From Geobacterales bacterium (GTDB lineage: Bacteria > Desulfobacterota > Desulfuromonadia > Geobacterales > DSM-12255): DNA of 22,911 nucleotides. Where the stretch lies: positions 1 to 22,911 of the forward strand of contig JBBRBA010000051.1 in assembly GCA_038206285.1 (NCBI GenBank). Reading direction: 5' to 3'. The notes beneath the pieces are model-generated. The model did no database searches, was not told the DNA's origin, and worked only from the letters and a program-made list of their open reading frames with translations. This document shows positions 15,916-22,911 of the stretch, piece after piece (the first letter of the stretch is position 1; every line of letters starts with the position of its first letter). The translations under genes were made by a program, and so were the position numbers.

Positions 15916-17653
15916 CCCTTCCGGAAAATTTGCGAATAACGGCCAGATTCTCTGCTGCCGCCTGGTAATCGGGCTGCAGGCGTAATGCCTGCTCAAAAGA
16001 TGCTTCTGCCTCCTGAAGACGACCCAGTCCCGCATAGGCGAGTCCGAGATTGAACCGGGTGGCTGCCGTAGTCGGCGAAAGTTTTGCCACCTGCAGCAAC
16101 TCTCTGACAGCTTCATCATACCGCTTCTGCTTGAGATAGATCGCGCCGAGATTGTTCAGCGCGATATGATCCGTTGGCGAAAGTCTGACCGCCTGCCGGT
16201 ACGCCACTTCGGCATCATTCAGCCGTCCGCTTCGCTGATATGCATGGCCGAGCGCTCCATACCCTCTCCCTTTTGCCGGACTTTTTCTGACGACATCCTC
16301 CCAGAGAGTCACTTCACTCTGCCAGACACGGTTGCGCTGCACTGTCGCTACTCCCAGCAGAAGCGCTATTATGCAGCCGACCGCCAGAAGACCCTTCGCC
16401 GTCTTTTTCGTATCACTGCCCAACCATCTGTACACCGCCCGCCATCCGGCCGCAGCAAGGCCTGTCACCAGCCCGACAGACGGCAGATAAAGCCGGTGTT
16501 CGAACATGACATCACGAATGGGTATGACGCTTGATTCGACCAGGAGCGCGATGAAAAACCAGGCGATGCCGAATGCCGGGAGCGCCAAGAGACCGGTCCT
16601 AGCGTCAGTTGCGCGTCGTGCCGAAAGCCATGAGCCGATGCCGGCGGCAACAACAGCTGCCAGCAGCAGAATTGATAGAATTACCGGAGGCTGGAGCAAG
16701 CTATTATGTAGCGGAAAATCGTGGTCAAGATTCTGCCCTGCCGGGAAAAAGAAGAGCCGCAGATAGGAAACGATCACCGGAAACTGGGTCAGGAGGTAGG
16801 TCATTCTCGGCGGTGCGCCGCTTTCGGCAGTCAGCCGACCCACTTCGTCAAGCATGTCGGCAGAGAAACCGATTTTACCCAGCAGAAGTATGGGCGCTGC
16901 CAGCAACGGCAATAGATACCAGACAAGAGGCAGCAGCCGGCTGCGCAGTTCGCCCCGGAAAAAAGTCACTTCAAAGAGCAGAATTACCAGCGGGATTGTT
17001 ACTGCGTTTTCCTTTGCCAAGACTCCGGCCAGAGCCAGCAGCAGTGAGAGTCCGAGCAGGCCTGTTGCTGCCGGACGCCTGGAAGAGAGCCTGGAACCGG
17101 CATAGCAGAGCAGGGCGCCGAGATAAAAGGATGTTGCCATAACGGCAACCCGCTGGGCAAGATAGGTTACTGCCTGGGTCTGCAGGGGGTGGGTGACAAA
17201 GATTAATGCTGCCACAAAACCGATAGTAACCGGCGCAGAAGATTCCTGCCCCGGTTTTTCTCCGGCAATACCGGCCAGAAGCGGCGTACGAAAAATCATT
17301 TGCACCAGAGAATAGACGAGGCAAGCGTTCAGCAGATGCAGCAGCAGGTTGACAACATGGTAACCAGCCACCTCGAAACCGCCCAGTTGATAGTTGAGGG
17401 CAAAGGAGAGGTCGCCGAGGATACGGGTCTTGAGCCTGAAGTCGAAATTTTTGACCAGCGGGTTGGTCAGGATGGAGGTGACGTCGTCGAGCACAAAGGG
17501 GACGGCAAAGCTGTTGGCGTAGACCAATCCCCCGGCTGTCAGGATGCAGAAAATTGACAGCAGATGGAAAACCGCCGGCGACAGCGCCATCGCCGGCCCG
17601 GCAGCAGACTTTGCCGCAGTCGCGACTGATTTACCTGCTCTTTTTTTACTCAT
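15896..17653 (-). CDS. GT-C-type polytopic membrane glycosyltransferase with C-terminal TPR repeats (TMTC / PMT_2-like architecture).
   Basis: Many TM helices. The first-loop acidic motif FAVPFVLDDVTSILTNPLV matches the F-x-F-DD-x-x-I-x-x-N motif of TMTC/DUF1736-type O-mannosyltransferases. The C-terminal ~150 aa are TPR-like (GYGALGHAYQRSGRLNDAEVAYRQAVRLSP..NNLGAIYLKQKRYDEAV..FNLGLAYAGLGRLQEAEASFEQALRLQPDY). I place the start at ATG 17653 (MSKKRAGKS). The ORF-track extension to 17818 crosses the ahcY terminator. Confidence 0.7.
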   Translation of the reverse strand: MSKKRAGKSVATAAKSAAGPAMALSPAVFHLLSIFCILTAGGLVYANSFAVPFVLDDVTSILTNPLVKNFDFRLKTRILGDLSFALNYQLGGFEVAGYHVVNLLLHLLNACLVYSLVQMIFRTPLLAGIAGEKPGQESSAPVTIGFVAALIFVTHPLQTQAVTYLAQRVAVMATSFYLGALLCYAGSRLSSRRPAATGLLGLSLLLALAGVLAKENAVTIPLVILLFEVTFFRGELRSRLLPLVWYLLPLLAAPILLLGKIGFSADMLDEVGRLTAESGAPPRMTYLLTQFPVIVSYLRLFFFPAGQNLDHDFPLHNSLLQPPVILSILLLAAVVAAGIGSWLSARRATDARTGLLALPAFGIAWFFIALLVESSVIPIRDVMFEHRLYLPSVGLVTGLAAAGWRAVYRWLGSDTKKTAKGLLAVGCIIALLLGVATVQRNRVWQSEVTLWEDVVRKSPAKGRGYGALGHAYQRSGRLNDAEVAYRQAVRLSPTDHIALNNLGAIYLKQKRYDEAVRELLQVAKLSPTTAATRFNLGLAYAGLGRLQEAEASFEQALRLQPDYQAAAENLAVIRKFSGRARAPSP

Positions 17654-17676
17654 GTTAGCATAAGTAACGTAGCGCA

Positions 17677-17701
17677 CGTAAAAAGGCAACCCGAAGGTTG
17701 C
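17677..17701 (-). terminator. Terminator-like hairpin in the leader of the GT-C/TPR gene. It could be a second ahcY terminator or an attenuator.
   Basis: The minus strand reads GCAACC-TTCG-GGTTGC followed by CTTTTTAC, about 25-50 nt upstream of ATG 17653. Confidence 0.35.
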
Positions 17702-17800
17702 ATGTTTGCGTGCCAGCAATCGCTTCCTGATCTGAAACAGGTTGATACTGCTAAAGCAGGTCCTTGACATCCCTGCCGCCGGGAGTTCCGCCGGGCAGAT

Positions 17801-17834
17801 AAAAACTGGCGGCCTCATCGACTGAGGCCGCCAG
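17801..17834 (-). terminator. Rho-independent terminator downstream of ahcY.
   Basis: The minus strand reads CTGGCGGCCTCA-GTCGA-TGAGGCCGCCAG followed by TTTTTAT. This is a perfect 12-bp stem, about 42 nt after the ahcY stop. Confidence 0.88.
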
Positions 17835-17876
17835 TAAAAGATACGCCGGCTTATGGCAATCTAAAGCTGTTCAGGG

Positions 17877-19271
<1,395 letters not shown>

Positions 19272-19305
19272 TGTTTACGCTCCTTTGGGTGATATTTTAT
19301 TCAAA

Positions 19306-20715
19306 TTACTGGTCAACGGTAATCGGCCAGGGTTCAGATATCCGGATCTCGTCAATGTCTGTTTCCCCCCAGAAAACATTGATCAGATAAGCCTGTTGCC
19401 CCGGTTTACGCTGATATTTGTCCGGGTCTGCGATCCAGGTTATGGACGGATTACGGTAATAGGCTCTCATTGCCTGCTGAACAAAAGCGCGTCCTGTCGG
19501 TCGATTATTCACATAAATAAAAGAGTCCGGCGGGAAAGCCGGTACGATTTTACCCAGGGCGTTAAGATACTTTTCTACCGGCGCAGCTTCTTCCTTCCAC
19601 TCACGTCCGCGGTACTGGATATTTACATAATTAATCCAGCAAAAAATGCCGACGGATGCAGCGGCAACAACCCAAAAGAATTTGCCGCTTAACCGCTCCT
19701 GCAGATTGGTCAGGAGGGCAGCATAAACCAGAGCCGGTCCGATCGAGACGATATAGAGATAGCGACTGATGGAATTGGCAAAGTTTTCCGGCGAGAATTG
19801 CCCCAAAGATGTCAGGCTTTGTGGCAAAAATGTCATTATGACCCAGCAAAAGGCAAAAACGAGAATCTTTCTGTCTTTGACCAGGAGCAGGCTTGCAGGA
19901 ACTGCCAGGGCGGCGAAATAGGCCAATGGGTTGATGCTGCGCGCTATCCCTGTTGGCGGGAGGAAAAATGCACTTAATCCGCCGGCAAGAGAGTACACGG
20001 GGCGGATTGCGTAGAATTTGGCCAGCTCAGGCGGAGCCAGAGCCAACCAGCTGAATACCAATTTATGCAGAAGCAGATAGCAGCAGATAATTGCGCAATA
20101 AGGGAGCATGCGCAGAAATATCGTCTTCAATCGTTCTCCCGCGGGGAAAAGATATTCGATCACCAGGATGATGCCAGGCAAAGACGCTGCCTCTTCTTTG
20201 CTGAACATGGCAAACAGATAAAAAAAGAGTGACATGAACAAGTATTTCCGCTGCTTGTTCTCGCGAAAGCGTAGATATGCCAATAATGTCAGTAAATAAA
20301 AACAGAGACAGAGCAAGGAATTACTGGCACATTTCCATAATACGGCATCAGCGCCGACACTGCTTAAGACAAAAAAAAGGCCGGCAGTAAATGCCAGTGT
20401 CCGGTTCTTGAACAGGTTAAGGATGAAGTAGAAGAAAATGACGGCGTTGACTGCATAGAGCGTAATGTTGAACAGGTTGTAGCCGACAGGGTTGAAGCCG
20501 AACATATGGTAGAGCGGGACCCAGATAACATTGCTGACCACCCGGAGTGTGTTGTAACCAAGCAGCGTCTGTTTCAGTCCCTGGAAGATGTTTTCAATAT
20601 AACGGAAATCGTCAAAACAGAAATAATTTTCAATAGAGCGGCCAAACAGCAGAAACGATATCCCGAGAGCCACGAAAGGGAATAGCGGTATTTTCTTCAG
20701 AATCGAACCGTTCAC
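19306..20715 (-). CDS. Polytopic membrane protein. Putative GT-C-type glycosyltransferase (PMT_2/TMTC-like N-terminal loop) with a C-terminal soluble domain.
   Basis: 469 aa from GTG 20715, with an AGGAGC SD 7 nt upstream. About 11-12 hydrophobic helices. The first-loop motif ENYFCFDDFRYIENIFQG resembles the DD motif of the 15896-17653 protein. The non-TM C-terminal ~110 aa have no family I recognise. Confidence 0.55.
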   Translation of the reverse strand: MNGSILKKIPLFPFVALGISFLLFGRSIENYFCFDDFRYIENIFQGLKQTLLGYNTLRVVSNVIWVPLYHMFGFNPVGYNLFNITLYAVNAVIFFYFILNLFKNRTLAFTAGLFFVLSSVGADAVLWKCASNSLLCLCFYLLTLLAYLRFRENKQRKYLFMSLFFYLFAMFSKEEAASLPGIILVIEYLFPAGERLKTIFLRMLPYCAIICCYLLLHKLVFSWLALAPPELAKFYAIRPVYSLAGGLSAFFLPPTGIARSINPLAYFAALAVPASLLLVKDRKILVFAFCWVIMTFLPQSLTSLGQFSPENFANSISRYLYIVSIGPALVYAALLTNLQERLSGKFFWVVAAASVGIFCWINYVNIQYRGREWKEEAAPVEKYLNALGKIVPAFPPDSFIYVNNRPTGRAFVQQAMRAYYRNPSITWIADPDKYQRKPGQQAYLINVFWGETDIDEIRISEPWPITVDQ

Positions 20716-20730
20716 GTTAGCTGCTCCTGA

Positions 20731-21756
20731 TTATTTGCTGTATCTGCCCGGTGTAAGCAGCAGCGCAGTATCTTCGTTCCATGCCGTCAGTAACTCGATC
20801 TCCTTCTCTCCCACGAGCCCCATTGCAACCAGCTTTTCATAGCATTTCAGCAAGTTCACTGCCAGGTGTTCTTCTCCCGGCACCAGCTCAAGCCGCGCCA
20901 ATTCCCGACAGATGGCAGAATTGTGGAGATAGCCCGGGATCTCTTCGCTGAAATCCTGCAGCAGATTATGTTCGTTGCGCTCCTGCCAGACGGTCGGCGC
21001 ATGAAAATGAATATGCCAGCCATTGAGCCAACAGATTCTCTGGGCAACAAAACTGCGCCAGATGTCGGTCATACGGAAACTGCAGAATGCCGGCAGGTAG
21101 AGGAGCGGGAAAGCCTGTCTAAACCAGGTGGTATTCTGACTGTTGAAGGGGCACCAGCTTTCGGCTCCCAGGGCAATACTGGCCATCTTGTCAAAACTCT
21201 GGGGAAGCGGAGAGGTCAGGCGGTAAACAGCGTCGACATCAGGATTGACATCTGCCAGCCCTTGCTGGATCGGGCAGAATAGCTCCTGTGCGCCAGCAGT
21301 CACTTCAATCAACGGCTTCTGTAGAAACTCGAGGGGGAAACCGCGCGGCCAGATCCTGTTATCGGTAAAAAATCGATAAATATTGACCCAGTCGGCGCCG
21401 ATTACCGGCACCGCCTGTTTGACAGGCTTGCGTGGCGACCAGAAGCCGGCCCTGGCAAAGTTATCATCATCAGTTTCAATGATGATTTCCATGCCAGCGG
21501 CCATTGCTTGCAGGTAGCCAAGGTTCTTCCGCGCGTAGTGTCGCTCGGGCATGGAGCGGGCTAATGCAAAACTCATGGTTTGCTGCCGTTCAAGCGACCA
21601 GAAATCACACTGCTCCAGGGCAAAATCCTGCGGCGACTTGCTGTCGCCAATCAGGATGAAACGGCAACCATGGCGAGCAGATTGCTCGGCATAATTTTTC
21701 AAGGCGGCATTTGGCGGTGAAATGGAGGTTATGACCAAGGCTGTGTCGGTTAGCAT
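20731..21756 (-). CDS. Cytoplasmic protein, putative glycosyltransferase. Possibly STELLO/DUF288-like, which is a low-certainty family call.
   Basis: 341 aa with no signal peptide or TM. The N-terminus TALVITSISPPNAALKNYAEQS..GCRFILIGDSKSPQDF resembles, from memory, the start of STELLO-type GT-like proteins. It sits between a GT2 gene and a GT-C gene on the same strand with 10- and 15-nt gaps. Confidence 0.4.
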   Translation of the reverse strand: MLTDTALVITSISPPNAALKNYAEQSARHGCRFILIGDSKSPQDFALEQCDFWSLERQQTMSFALARSMPERHYARKNLGYLQAMAAGMEIIIETDDDNFARAGFWSPRKPVKQAVPVIGADWVNIYRFFTDNRIWPRGFPLEFLQKPLIEVTAGAQELFCPIQQGLADVNPDVDAVYRLTSPLPQSFDKMASIALGAESWCPFNSQNTTWFRQAFPLLYLPAFCSFRMTDIWRSFVAQRICWLNGWHIHFHAPTVWQERNEHNLLQDFSEEIPGYLHNSAICRELARLELVPGEEHLAVNLLKCYEKLVAMGLVGEKEIELLTAWNEDTALLLTPGRYSK

Positions 21757-21766
21757 TGTTTACCTT

Positions 21767-22504
21767 TCAATATATGATCTGGGCGCGACCGGTAATGCGC
21801 ATCCAGGCATAATGCAAGAGAACTTGCAGTGAGTTTTTGATAGCGTTTTTCGAAACCCTGGGAGATGGTGCCTGATAATGAATCGGTATTTCCGCAAAAC
21901 GGTGCTTCCGCAAGAGATAGCGGATCTCGGTCTGGTAAAAATGGGCTTTAGAGAGCAGCGGGAAGTTGAGGAACTTGCCGACGACATTTGAGTGAAACCC
22001 CTGGAATCCTGACGTCATGTCATACATGTTACTGTTCAATAAAGTGTTGGCCAAAAATGTCCCGAACCGGGAAAGAAGGCGCCGCCGCAGCGGTGAATCT
22101 GACATGGAGCCGCCATTAATGAATCTGCTGCCAAAAGCACATTCATTCCCCTCGTTCAAAACCCGCAGGAACATCGGCAGTGCGCGTGGATCGTGGGACA
22201 TGCCTGCATCCATTTCCACTATTATGTCATGTCCATTATTGAATGCTTCCCGATAACCGCGCAGATAAGCATCAACAACATTTCTGTTCTCTGGCGCCCA
22301 GATGGTCTTGAACCGGCTGTCCTTTGCCGAAATCTGATGACAGAGGTGAAGTGTATTGTCTGTTGAAGCGTTATCAACTACAAAATATACGGTGCCTCCC
22401 TGCAACCGGTTCAGGATGGTAACAAGTGCCGTGACAAAAGTTTCGAAATCCTGCTCTTCGTTGGCCATGGGAACAACTACTGCCCAATCATTATCGTAAT
22501 ACAT
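21767..22504 (-). CDS. Family 2 glycosyltransferase, polyprenyl-phosphate sugar synthase type (Dpm1/Ppm1-like).
   Basis: 245 aa. Contains WAVVVPMANEEQDF, YFVVDNASTDNT, DIIVEMDAGMSHDPRALP (the DxD..H.P region typical of dolichol/polyprenol-phosphate mannose synthases) and RFINGGS. Its ATG overlaps the upstream methyltransferase stop by 1 nt (TAATG). Confidence 0.8.
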   Translation of the reverse strand: MYYDNDWAVVVPMANEEQDFETFVTALVTILNRLQGGTVYFVVDNASTDNTLHLCHQISAKDSRFKTIWAPENRNVVDAYLRGYREAFNNGHDIIVEMDAGMSHDPRALPMFLRVLNEGNECAFGSRFINGGSMSDSPLRRRLLSRFGTFLANTLLNSNMYDMTSGFQGFHSNVVGKFLNFPLLSKAHFYQTEIRYLLRKHRFAEIPIHYQAPSPRVSKNAIKNSLQVLLHYAWMRITGRAQIIY

Positions 22505-22911
22505 TATCTGCCCCTAATCAGGAATACCGTTTCCTGTCCGCCAGACCCTTCGATTCGCTCAATATCAACAGCGCCAAACCCGGCAGCCGTGAGCCAGTTT
22601 GCTAACTCGGCCGCCTCAAATCCGAGCCACTGATCAGCCAGTTGGTCCCGCGCCGTCTCCCGTTCGTGCCGCGCCAGGTCTGCCAGCAGCAGCGTGCCGC
22701 CTGGTGCCAGTACCCGGCGGATCTCGGCCAGCACTGCGGGCGGGTTGGCGGCGTGATGAAGAACCATATTGGCGACAACAGCGCCAACAGAGGCATCAGG
22801 AAGAGGGAGATGGCTCATCTCGCCGAGGCGGAGTTCAACCGTGTCGCTGCCGTTCCCGCTGACCCGGCGACGGGCCTCCTCCAGCATTGCCGGGGAGTGA
22901 TCAACACCGAT
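22504..22911 (-). CDS. Class I SAM-dependent methyltransferase (Methyltransf_11-like). Only the C-terminal part is present and the gene begins beyond the right edge.
   Basis: The frame stays open to position 22911. My translation of the edge gives IGVDHSPAMLEEARRRV, the post-motif-I GxDxSxxML pattern. Then DASVGAVVANMVLHH..PPAVLAEIRRVLAPGGTLLLAD follows. The ORF-track Met at 22887 is internal. Confidence 0.8.
   Translation of the reverse strand: MGVDHSPAMLEEARRRVSGNGSDTVELRLGEMSHLPLPDASVGAVVANMVLHHAANPPAVLAEIRRVLAPGGTLLLADLARHERETARDQLADQWLGFEAAELANWLTAAGFGAVDIERIEGSGGQETVFLIRGR

Noticed and set aside
17699-17715. Sigma-54 promoter (TGGCACG...TGCA) upstream of the GT-C/TPR gene.
   Set aside because: The GG-to-GC spacing is 11 nt rather than the strict 10 nt. 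The -12 region is TGCA rather than TTGC. It also overlaps the stem of a hairpin. I kept it only as a note within the hairpin finding.

Overview
This is a bacterial chromosomal window from a Gram-negative organism (lptFG are present; the gene content looks Desulfobacterota/Geobacter-like, but that is only an impression). It splits into three parts.

(1) 1-9182, all on the minus strand and visibly GC-rich. A tightly packed operon-like block contains a large STAND ATPase regulator with a C-terminal SARP-type wHTH+BTAD DNA-binding module, a small ORF, THREE tandem paralogous secreted proteins of about 530 aa, and the 5' part of a secreted parallel beta-helix protein that runs off the left edge. 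The three paralogs carry what I recognise as the motif set of eukaryotic HAP2/GCS1 gamete fusogens (class II fusexins): ADSQGFC, HCLR..GYE, CDKVGTGYSAFRSQ...ACLGNQLKQL..DLARLA, and a C-terminal Ig-like domain. All three have Sec signal peptides, no transmembrane anchor, and a shared short C-terminal tail. This is the main candidate for a novel system.

(2) 9300-15027, a core housekeeping block: frr, pyrH, tsf and rpsB on the minus strand, lptF and lptG on the plus strand, with clear intrinsic terminators.

(3) 15049-22911, an envelope/glycosylation region that looks lower in GC. It holds a secreted IPT/TIG-repeat protein convergent with a TMTC-like GT-C+TPR membrane glycosyltransferase, then ahcY, a second GT-C-like membrane protein, a putative STELLO/DUF288-like glycosyltransferase, a Dpm1-like GT2 enzyme, and a partial SAM methyltransferase.

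I saw no tRNA, rRNA, CRISPR array, transposase or integrase. All homology statements come from motif recognition by eye. No searches were run.
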